Source: an uncultured Gammaproteobacteria bacterium
GTDB taxonomy: Bacteria > Pseudomonadota > Gammaproteobacteria > Eutrophobiales > Eutrophobiaceae
Assembly (NCBI GenBank): GCA_943788005.1
Contig: CALSOP010000003.1
Span: 2,250 to 66,249, forward strand
Direction: 5' to 3'
DNA length: 64,000 nucleotides
Positions 56,756 to 64,000 of this stretch are shown here, one piece after another. The position numbers were made by a program, and so were the translations under genes. The stretch's first letter is position 1; every line of letters begins with the position of its first letter. The notes below the pieces were generated by a model. It ran no database searches. It saw only the letters and a list, made by a program, of their open reading frames with translations, and was not told where the DNA came from.

Positions 56756-57529
56756 ATGGACATGCACATCAAATTATTTATTTTACCCCTTATCTTGGGG
56801 CTTACGCTTTCAAATGTTGCCAGTGCGGAAACTACCACTCTGGATTCAGCAGTAGATACTAAGCTGCAGGCTCAAAAAGATGTCGTAAAATCACAGAACA
56901 AAGTGGACACTCTGGTAACTCAGACCAAAGACTTGGTTCAGGAATACCGTGATGCAATACGTAAGACTGACAGCCTTGGTACATATAATGGTCAATTATC
57001 AAAATTAATTAAGCAACAAAAAGTTTCCTTGAATGCTATTAAACGTCAACTTGACAATGTCGAAGAAACTCAGCGAAACATTGTGCCTTTGATGATTAAG
57101 ATGATCGATACATTAGAAAAATTCGTTGAGCTTGATCTTCCCTTCTTAACTCAAGAACGTCAACAGCGCGTAGCCGACTTGAAAAGCATTATGGATCGAC
57201 CTGATGTAACCCTGCCAGATAAATATCGCCGCATTATGGAAGCCTATCAAATAGAAATGGAATATGGCCGCACAATAGAAACTTATTCTGACACTGTGAA
57301 AATAGATTCCCAGGAGTTTACAGTTGATGTCTTACGAGTTGGTCGCTTGTTGATTAGCTTCCAAACACTGGACGGTAAAATGAGTGGCATGTGGAACAAG
57401 GAAACAAAGTCTTGGGAAAAAGTTTCCTCTGAATATGACCGTTCCATTAAGCAGGGTATACAAATTGCAAAAAAACAGGCACCACCTGAATTGGTTAAAC
57501 TGCCGATCAATTTGGCAGGGAAAGAATAA
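56756..57529 (+). CDS. DUF3450-family periplasmic coiled-coil protein (TtpB-like, TonB2 system)
   Basis: 257 aa with a signal peptide and coiled-coil composition. First gene of the TonB2-type cluster. Confidence 0.7.
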   Translation: MDMHIKLFILPLILGLTLSNVASAETTTLDSAVDTKLQAQKDVVKSQNKVDTLVTQTKDLVQEYRDAIRKTDSLGTYNGQLSKLIKQQKVSLNAIKRQLDNVEETQRNIVPLMIKMIDTLEKFVELDLPFLTQERQQRVADLKSIMDRPDVTLPDKYRRIMEAYQIEMEYGRTIETYSDTVKIDSQEFTVDVLRVGRLLISFQTLDGKMSGMWNKETKSWEKVSSEYDRSIKQGIQIAKKQAPPELVKLPINLAGKE

Positions 57530-58875
57530 TGAACAGATTATTGTTTTTAAGCTTATTCATCTTCCTGGCACCTGTTTCTGCTGAAGAACCCAATGATTTA
57601 CAATCATTATTAGAACAGGTGAAAAAAGAGCGCTCTCAGGAAAAAGAGGTGCTTGCTAAAAGAGAATCGAAATTCAAAAGTGCTCACAGCAAGCAAAAAG
57701 GATTATTAGATTTAGCGCTAAAAACACTGGCGAAAGAAGAAGCTCGCAGCGCAACACTAAGAAACAATTATGATACTTATGACCTTGAGATTACCCGTCA
57801 AAATGCAGTCTTAAAAGAGAAAATGGGCGCTCTCGGTGAACTTGATGGCATCGTCAAGCAAATAGCGGGAGATTTAGATGTAATTATCGATACATCTCTC
57901 GTATCTGCACAAAAACCCAACCGCGATGAGATACTTGATGTCTTAGCTAATCGTAAAGAATTACCTTCTTTAGAGGAACTGGAAGAGCTCTGGATATTGG
58001 CTATGGATGAAATGGTCGAATCTGGAAAAATTGTGACCTTCCCTGGAAAGATTGTCACCGCAGCAGGCAATGAAATAGAACAAAATGTAACCCGTATTGG
58101 TGTTTTTAATGCTGTATCCGCCGGTCGATTTTTAAGAAATTTGCCTGACACAGGAAAATTAATAGAACCTGGTAGACAACCAGGTCAACGCTTTTTAGAT
58201 ATGGCACAAAATCTCGAAACTGCTAGTTCAGGGATTCATGCATTCCCCATCGATCCAACTCGTGGCGCCATGCTCGCGCTTCTGGTCCAAGTACCCGATC
58301 TTAAAAATCGAATTGAACAAGGTGGTCTTGTTGGTTACGTCATTATATTCATTGGCCTGATAGGTGTTTTAATATCTTTAGAACGTTTAATACTATTAGT
58401 AACAACTAGTCGTAAGGTTAAAAAACAACTCAAGAGTAAAAAAGCTGGTGATAATCCTTTAGGACGTATTATGAAGGTCTATGAAAAGAACCCTGATATT
58501 GATACAGAAACACTGGGACTGAAGCTAGACGAAGCTATATTAAAAGAAATGCCCAGGATTCAACGTGGTCTGGGAGCTCTTGCATTACTTGCGGCAGTAT
58601 CTCCCCTGCTCGGTTTACTTGGAACGGTGACGGGTATCATTGAAACATTTCAATCTATAACACTCTATGGGACTGGCGATCCGCGTGTAATGTCTGGTGG
58701 TATTTCACAAGCCTTAGTAACTACTGTTATGGGTCTGCTGGTTGCTATCCCCTTGTTGTTATCTCACAGTTTTCTATCTTCTAAAAGTAATGCTTTAATT
58801 CAAATTTTAGATGAGAAGAGTACAGCTTTCGTTGCACTACTTGCTGAGATAAATCGTATCAAAAAAAATGTTTGA
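57529..58875 (+). CDS. ttpC: Large MotA/TolQ/ExbB-family protein (TtpC-like)
   Basis: 448 aa with a long periplasmic N-domain and a C-terminal ExbB core (LLGLLGTVTGIIETF; ISQALVTTVMGLLVAIP). Confidence 0.8.
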   Translation: MNRLLFLSLFIFLAPVSAEEPNDLQSLLEQVKKERSQEKEVLAKRESKFKSAHSKQKGLLDLALKTLAKEEARSATLRNNYDTYDLEITRQNAVLKEKMGALGELDGIVKQIAGDLDVIIDTSLVSAQKPNRDEILDVLANRKELPSLEELEELWILAMDEMVESGKIVTFPGKIVTAAGNEIEQNVTRIGVFNAVSAGRFLRNLPDTGKLIEPGRQPGQRFLDMAQNLETASSGIHAFPIDPTRGAMLALLVQVPDLKNRIEQGGLVGYVIIFIGLIGVLISLERLILLVTTSRKVKKQLKSKKAGDNPLGRIMKVYEKNPDIDTETLGLKLDEAILKEMPRIQRGLGALALLAAVSPLLGLLGTVTGIIETFQSITLYGTGDPRVMSGGISQALVTTVMGLLVAIPLLLSHSFLSSKSNALIQILDEKSTAFVALLAEINRIKKNV

Positions 58876-59383
58876 CCAGATAGATATCATGAGGGACTTC
58901 TTCGCTAAAGGCGGCCCCGTCTTTACTGGCGTTTTTGTTTTGTCTATATTTCTCTGGGCATTAATCATTGAGCGGTATTATTTTTTATATAAAGTTTACC
59001 CAGTACGGCTTGAAGCTATTGTTCAACAATGGCAAAGACGACGTGAAAGGTCTTCATGGTTTGCACTTAAAATAAGAGATGGTTTATTAAGCGAAATTTC
59101 AATCGAATTAAAACATAATCTGATCCCCATACAGGCTTTGACAGGAATATTACCGCTACTTGGTCTACTGGGTACTGTCACCGGTATGATCGCCATATTC
59201 GAAGTCTTAAACGTCTTTGGCAATGGCAATGCACGAGGTATGGCAGAAGGAATATCCAGAGCACTGTTACCGACAACAGCAGGATTGGTGACTTCTATCA
59301 TCGGCATATACTTTAGCGCCGATCTCTACAAGCGGACTAAAACTAAAGAACTAATGGCTAAAGAGTTACTAACACACAACTAA
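58868..59383 (+). CDS. exbB: ExbB/TolQ-family proton channel
   Basis: 171 aa with LLGLLGTVTGMIAIF and ISRALLPTTAGLVTSIIG. Overlaps the upstream gene. Confidence 0.85.
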   Translation: MFDQIDIMRDFFAKGGPVFTGVFVLSIFLWALIIERYYFLYKVYPVRLEAIVQQWQRRRERSSWFALKIRDGLLSEISIELKHNLIPIQALTGILPLLGLLGTVTGMIAIFEVLNVFGNGNARGMAEGISRALLPTTAGLVTSIIGIYFSADLYKRTKTKELMAKELLTHN

Positions 59384-59385
59384 TT

Positions 59386-59790
59386 ATGAGACATACTCAC
59401 ACTAAGCAAGAATCTGCTGCCGAAAGCGTCAACCTAACACCGCTTATCGACATGGTGTTTATCTTGTTGATATTTTTTCTGGTTACTGCATCTTTCACTA
59501 AAGAATCAGGTATTGATGTTGATCGACCAACAGCACAAACTGCTGTCAGAGAAGAACAAGGCAGTATGATCATTGGCGTCAGTAAAGACGGAGAAATCTG
59601 GATTGACAGTCAAAAGGTTGATATGCGTGCAGTTCGTGCCCATGTGGAACACCTCCATGCTCAAAATCCAGAAGGAACTGTTATCATTCTTGCCGATCAA
59701 AATGCGCGCACAGGGACCACGGTTGAAGTACTTGATCAAGTTCGTCTGGCTGGCGTGTCCAATGTGTCTATCGCAGCATCAAATGAGTAA
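59386..59790 (+). CDS. exbD: ExbD/TolR-family protein
   Basis: 134 aa with the VNLTPLIDMVFILLIFFLV anchor and an ExbD periplasmic domain. Confidence 0.88.
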   Translation: MRHTHTKQESAAESVNLTPLIDMVFILLIFFLVTASFTKESGIDVDRPTAQTAVREEQGSMIIGVSKDGEIWIDSQKVDMRAVRAHVEHLHAQNPEGTVIILADQNARTGTTVEVLDQVRLAGVSNVSIAASNE

Positions 59791-59814
59791 TTAATACTTA
59801 TCATTGTGTGAATC

Positions 59815-60507
59815 ATGCAATTCTCAAAACTGAATATTCTGGATACCGTGAAGATCCCATCAGTAATTATTATTGCAATCGTTTTAAACATAGCGATTTT
59901 CATCTTGATTCAGCAACTGGTAAGCAACGAACATGCACTTGAGTTAAACTTGTCTGATATCAACCTTGTTGAATTCATACGTCTAGAACAAAAACCTGAA
60001 CCACCTAAACCAAAAAAAGAAATTGAAGAGATAGAACCACCGCCACCGGAAGAAGAACCTCCTCCTCCAGAAATGGTTGAGCCCCAAATTGAAAAACCTC
60101 AAACCATGCAAACGGAATTATCTCCGCCTGATATAAACATGCCTTTATCGCTATCTGGCACTCCTTATCTTGGTGACTTTGCGAAAAGCACAATAAAACC
60201 GAAGCCTCGCAGTAAGCCATCAAGACCTAAAATTGATACCAATGTAGTGCCCACTTTAAGAGTCCCACCTGTTTATCCCCTGCGTGCTTTGCGTAGTGGT
60301 ATTCAAGGTGTTGTTACTGTCGAATTCACAATCGCTATTGATGGCTCAGTTAAAAATGCTGTAATTGTAAAAGCTAAACCACCTAAAATTTTTGACAGCG
60401 CTGTTTTAAAAGCAATATCTAAATGGAAATACAACCCGGATATCGTTGATGGTAAGCCTACAGAAAAACGTGCACGTCAAGACGTCAAATTTAAATTAAA
60501 ACGATGA
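59815..60507 (+). CDS. tonB: TonB energy transducer
   Basis: 230 aa with an N-terminal anchor, a Pro/Glu/Lys-rich spacer (EPPPPEEEPPPPEMVEP; KPKPRSKPSRPK) and a C-terminal TonB domain (YP..A...G.QG.V.V.F.I...G.V). Confidence 0.88.
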   Translation: MQFSKLNILDTVKIPSVIIIAIVLNIAIFILIQQLVSNEHALELNLSDINLVEFIRLEQKPEPPKPKKEIEEIEPPPPEEEPPPPEMVEPQIEKPQTMQTELSPPDINMPLSLSGTPYLGDFAKSTIKPKPRSKPSRPKIDTNVVPTLRVPPVYPLRALRSGIQGVVTVEFTIAIDGSVKNAVIVKAKPPKIFDSAVLKAISKWKYNPDIVDGKPTEKRARQDVKFKLKR

Positions 60508-61742
60508 TAATACTTCCACAAAGACCATTATCAAAAAGCATTTTATTCGTTATGCTCGTGCTCTTTTGCGCTTCTCTCCTTGCTGAAGAAAAGAAAAAGA
60601 CTTATCAATTAGAACCTAATGTGCATGCTGAACTAATAGGAATCCATAAACAAATCGATGAAGGACAAAATGGCAAGGCTATTGAAAGACTAAAAAAATT
60701 AATCTCATCAAACAATCTTAAAGCTTATGATTCAGCCGTTGCCTATCAAACCATGGGCTTTGCCAAAAGTAATATTGGCGAGTTCAGTGATGCTGCAAAA
60801 CATTTTATCAAAGCATTATCTCTTGATGCTTTACCGGCAGATGTTACCCATGGCTTAAACTACTCTACCGCGCAGTTACTAATTCATATAGATAAGACAA
60901 AAGAGGGTTTAAAATACTTATCGAAATGGTTTGCTAATGAACCCAAAGCAACTGGAGACGCACATATATTAGCTGCAACGGCTTATTATTATCTGAAAGA
61001 CTATAAACAACTAATTATTCATGTGGAGAAGGCTCTAGCTCTATCCAACAAGCCGCCACTAAGCTGGTATGAGCTATTGTTAGCTGGTTATTATGAGATA
61101 AAAGAATATAAAAAATCTGCCGCACTACTTGAAACAATCATCAATAAGCACCCCAAGAAAACTAATTATTGGTTACAACTAGCCGAGATCTACCAACGCC
61201 TGAAACAGGATAAGAAAGCATTAGCTATATATGAACTGGCCTATGCGAAAGGCTTACTGAAAAAAGATGACATCAACCGATTAATCAGCAACTACCTATA
61301 TTTGGAAATGCCATACAAGGCCGCTACCATCCTTGAAAAGGAAATGGCAATCGGTGATATCAACCCAGACATTAAAATGTTGACGCTACTCGCTGACAGT
61401 TGGCTACTTGCTCAGGAAAATCAGAAAGCTGAACCTGTATTTAAAGAAATCATCAAAAAGTTTAATGATGACCATACTCGGCTTCGTTTAGGCCAACTCT
61501 ATATTGAAGCAGAAGAATGGAAAAAGGTAATCGATGTACTTGATGTTGAGTTCGCACCTGAAAACAAGGTTTTATTATCCAAAGTTAATCTTCTCCTAGG
61601 TATTGCACAATACCATTCTAAAAACATGGATAAAGCAACACGCGCTTTTACCCATGCATTATCTGACAAATCAACAGAAGAGCAAGCTAGTTGGTGGCTG
61701 AAGCACTTGAAGAATAAAACAACAAAAACACAGGACAGTTAA
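60504..61742 (+). CDS. TPR-repeat protein (TtpD-like, TonB2 system)
   Basis: 412 aa with a signal peptide and multiple TPR-like A..Y..LG motifs. Overlaps the tonB stop. Confidence 0.7.
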   Translation: MIILPQRPLSKSILFVMLVLFCASLLAEEKKKTYQLEPNVHAELIGIHKQIDEGQNGKAIERLKKLISSNNLKAYDSAVAYQTMGFAKSNIGEFSDAAKHFIKALSLDALPADVTHGLNYSTAQLLIHIDKTKEGLKYLSKWFANEPKATGDAHILAATAYYYLKDYKQLIIHVEKALALSNKPPLSWYELLLAGYYEIKEYKKSAALLETIINKHPKKTNYWLQLAEIYQRLKQDKKALAIYELAYAKGLLKKDDINRLISNYLYLEMPYKAATILEKEMAIGDINPDIKMLTLLADSWLLAQENQKAEPVFKEIIKKFNDDHTRLRLGQLYIEAEEWKKVIDVLDVEFAPENKVLLSKVNLLLGIAQYHSKNMDKATRAFTHALSDKSTEEQASWWLKHLKNKTTKTQDS

Positions 61743-61751
61743 GTAACTGTC

Positions 61752-63035
61752 TTATTGAAACGCTTCCAATAACTTAATTAATTCGTTCGCGGTTTGAATT
61801 CGATTACCCGGTTTCTTTGCTAATAGAGAATCGATAATGTCCTGATATTGTTTCAACTTGCTTGGAAGTCTTGGAATGGGGGCATGAATGTGCTGGTAGA
61901 TTAGCGAAGCAGCGGTTGCTGCGGTAAAAGGCTTATCTCCCGTAAGTAACTCATATAATATCACGCCGACACTGTACATGTCTGAGCGTGTATCAATATC
62001 ACCACCCTCGCCTTGTTCAGGACTCATATAATGGGGAGTGCCTAATATCTGCCCCATTGTCGTAATGTCATTCACCTCATCTATCTTTTTTGAAATACCA
62101 AAATCTGCTAGCGCAAGACTGTCATCGCCACGAAACATAATATTGGCCGGTTTAAGATCTCTATGCACAACATTGATAGCATGGATCTGTGCAAGTCCAT
62201 AAGTAATATGAGTGGCATAGATAATAGCTATTTCATGATTTAGACCTAACTCGGAGCGTTGTTTTAAATCACCACGAGAAAAGAATTCCATTGCGATATA
62301 GCCGTACTCTTCAGTTATTCCATGCTCATGAATCTTAACGACGAAGGGTGAGTTTAAACTGGCTATTAAATTTGCTTCCTGAATAAAGCGCTTCACTAGC
62401 TTAGGTTCATGTACTCGCGTCAAATCAAGCACTTTTAAAACAACCGTCATTTTGTCTGTCACACGTTCTGCCAAATAAACTTTTGACATAGCCCCTTCAC
62501 CAATCATACGGACAAATTTATAACCAATATCTAAGCCGGTATCCGGAACCGCATCTTTCTTATGTGCCTTTCTGATAATCTGAGTGGCGTCATTTATCTC
62601 ATTTTCTTGATCTGTATTTGACCGTTTTGAAAATTCAGTAGCTTCATCAACCATTTCAGCAATGCGCTTAGGCTTGATATCAACCTTATTGATATAATCC
62701 GCTGCGCCTAATTTTATCGCTTTAACAGCGATATATTCATCACCTTCAGCAGTAAGGACAATCGTCGGAGGAAAACCGGGCTTATTTCTAAACTCTTTAA
62801 GCCACTTTAAACCATCTTCAACTGGGCCCAGTTTATAGTCCAAAAATAATACATCGTATTGGAACCACTGAAAGTTGTCGGGGGGTTTGCCCAGATTATC
62901 AAAATCATATTCGATGATTTCTACATCTTTCAGCTCTTTATTCAGATATAGCCTGAGTAAGGCCCTGAAATCACTGGAATCATCGATTATTAAAATTTTC
63001 ATATGATTTTTTAGTCTTTGAAAAGCATGTGCCAT
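61752..63035 (-). CDS. Response-regulator receiver domain fused to a Hanks-type Ser/Thr protein kinase
   Basis: N-terminal REC (MKILIIDDS...DVLFLDYKLG). C-terminal kinase with GEGAMSKVY, VLKV, HRDLKPANIM, ADFGISK and HYMSPEQ. The true start may be ATG 63002. Confidence 0.85.
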   Translation of the reverse strand: MAHAFQRLKNHMKILIIDDSSDFRALLRLYLNKELKDVEIIEYDFDNLGKPPDNFQWFQYDVLFLDYKLGPVEDGLKWLKEFRNKPGFPPTIVLTAEGDEYIAVKAIKLGAADYINKVDIKPKRIAEMVDEATEFSKRSNTDQENEINDATQIIRKAHKKDAVPDTGLDIGYKFVRMIGEGAMSKVYLAERVTDKMTVVLKVLDLTRVHEPKLVKRFIQEANLIASLNSPFVVKIHEHGITEEYGYIAMEFFSRGDLKQRSELGLNHEIAIIYATHITYGLAQIHAINVVHRDLKPANIMFRGDDSLALADFGISKKIDEVNDITTMGQILGTPHYMSPEQGEGGDIDTRSDMYSVGVILYELLTGDKPFTAATAASLIYQHIHAPIPRLPSKLKQYQDIIDSLLAKKPGNRIQTANELIKLLEAFQ

Positions 63036-63245
63036 TTATGACAAAAATGATTTTATTTAAAAAACAGTTTTAATTCAATCAATTATCGAATTTTAGTCAT
63101 CCTGTTTATTAAAAAGAAAATACAGAAAACCTTATTTTTGAGCAACAATTGTTAATTTTCTGTTTAAGCAACTATCTATCCGCCCATCTAGAGATTATCG
63201 TCATCTGTCGATAATTCTTTGATTTAAATCAGATATCAGAATTTA

Positions 63246-64000
63246 TTATTTACTAAATCTGCCAAATTTCAGCATGATGGCCGGCATGATAAGCAGATTA
63301 AGTATAGTTGATGATGCCAAGCCGCCAATAATGATTGCTGCCATCGGCCCCATGATTTCGCGACCAGGATTATCGCTATTAATGGCTATGGGTAACATTG
63401 CCAATGCCGTTACTAATGCCGTCATCAAGATGGAAGGCAACCTTTCCTTTGCCCCTTGTATTGCCACATCAAGATTCCAGGGCAACCCTTCTTCCTGTAC
63501 CAAGTACTGATAATGAGAAACCAGCATGATTGAATTTCTAATGGTGATTCCAAAGAGCGTAACAAACCCCACAAGAGAACCAACAGAAAGCCCACCACCG
63601 GTAATCAATACCGCTATTACACCGCCTACTAGTGCAAAGGGTAGATTGATTAACATCAATAACACATGCCTAAAACTACCAATGGCGATGTAAATTAACA
63701 TCATCACGATTGCCAACACTAAACTCGATAGTACAATCAGTTCCTCTTTTGCCTTAGCTTGTTCAATTGCAGCGCCGGTAAATTCTGGATAAATTTCAGC
63801 GCTGAATTCAACCTGTGCAAATACGGTCTCTTCAAGATCATTCATAAAGCTAACAATGTCTCGATTAACAACATTGCTAGTTACGCTTTGTAGTCGTTGC
63901 CCATCCTGATGCAAAATATTGTATCGACCACTCTGTTGTCGAATATCCGCAAATTCTGCCAGGGGCAACAACAATCCTCCGGCAGTTTTTATGGGCAAAT
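63246..64000 (-). CDS. RND-family efflux permease, C-terminal ~250 codons (partial; continues beyond the right edge)
   Basis: Polytopic C-terminal half with typical RND TM7-12 composition (LINLPFALVGGV..; MTALVTALAMLPIA; GPMAAIIIGGLASSTILNLLIMP). The frame is open to the window edge. Confidence 0.75.
   Translation of the reverse strand, partial: LPIKTAGGLLLPLAEFADIRQQSGRYNILHQDGQRLQSVTSNVVNRDIVSFMNDLEETVFAQVEFSAEIYPEFTGAAIEQAKAKEELIVLSSLVLAIVMMLIYIAIGSFRHVLLMLINLPFALVGGVIAVLITGGGLSVGSLVGFVTLFGITIRNSIMLVSHYQYLVQEEGLPWNLDVAIQGAKERLPSILMTALVTALAMLPIAINSDNPGREIMGPMAAIIIGGLASSTILNLLIMPAIMLKFGRFSK

Noticed and set aside
56756-61742. Six-gene MotA/ExbB-rich cluster (DUF3450, large ExbB-like, ExbB, ExbD, TonB, TPR) considered as a possible novel system.
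   Set aside because: The gene order matches the TonB2/TonB3-type systems (TtpB-TtpC-ExbB-ExbD-TonB-TtpD) already described in Vibrio and relatives. It is annotated as a feature but is not novel.
1-64000. Scanned for CRISPR repeats, tRNA or rRNA, IS elements, integrases, phage genes, toxin-antitoxin pairs and known defence systems.
   Set aside because: None were found. There are no regularly spaced direct repeats, no tRNA-like T-arm consensus in the intergenic regions and no transposase or integrase-like ORFs. The catabolic region shows no visible mobile-element boundaries.

Overview
This 64-kb window is chromosomal, AT-rich (roughly 40% GC by eye) and densely coding. Gene content suggests a marine methylotrophic or solvent-oxidising gammaproteobacterium; that is an inference. 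I saw no rRNA, tRNA, CRISPR array, transposase or integrase.

Layout:
- 1-9.9 kb: housekeeping genes, namely a Kef-type antiporter, hrpA, a PP2C/FGE-sulfatase fusion, ampG and a CYTH protein.
- 10-26 kb: a run of cofactor genes. These are Moco genes (moaA-fdhD-mobA-mobB-moeA, moaE-moaD, moaC), four H4MPT-linked pterin genes (the orf19-22 type block), pqqABCDE and folP.
- 28-56.6 kb: a catabolic region. It holds a porin, a SoxYZ-like carrier with a SoxH-like metallohydrolase, and an AcoR/AcxR-type sigma-54 activator. A PedH/ExaF-type PQQ alcohol dehydrogenase operon (with its cytochrome c and binding protein) and acetone carboxylase acxABC follow. Next come an uncharacterised 4-gene module led by a MotA/ExbB-type protein and a tungsten-type aldehyde:ferredoxin oxidoreductase operon (AorABC-like plus a MoaD-like gene). 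The region ends with an AcoR-like regulator lacking the AAA+ domain, a PedA1/A2-like binding-protein and beta-propeller pair, and an ExaDE-like two-component system.
- 56.7-61.7 kb: a Vibrio-type TonB2 cluster.
- Right edge: a REC-Ser/Thr kinase fusion and a truncated RND pump.

Best candidate for an undescribed system: the MotA/ExbB-led 4-gene envelope module at 44.1-46.7 kb.

Other leads:
- The quinoprotein-associated SoxYZ/SoxH-like pair.
- Hand-found sigma-54 promoters that link the lanthanide-type PQQ-ADH to acetone carboxylase.
- A 17-bp palindrome shared by the ADH and AOR control regions.

Three otherwise intact genes carry single-base disruptions: a TAA in the antiporter, and 1-nt indels in A-runs of the PP2C fusion and moaE. 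These may be sequencing artefacts. All motif coordinates were counted by hand, and no database search was possible.
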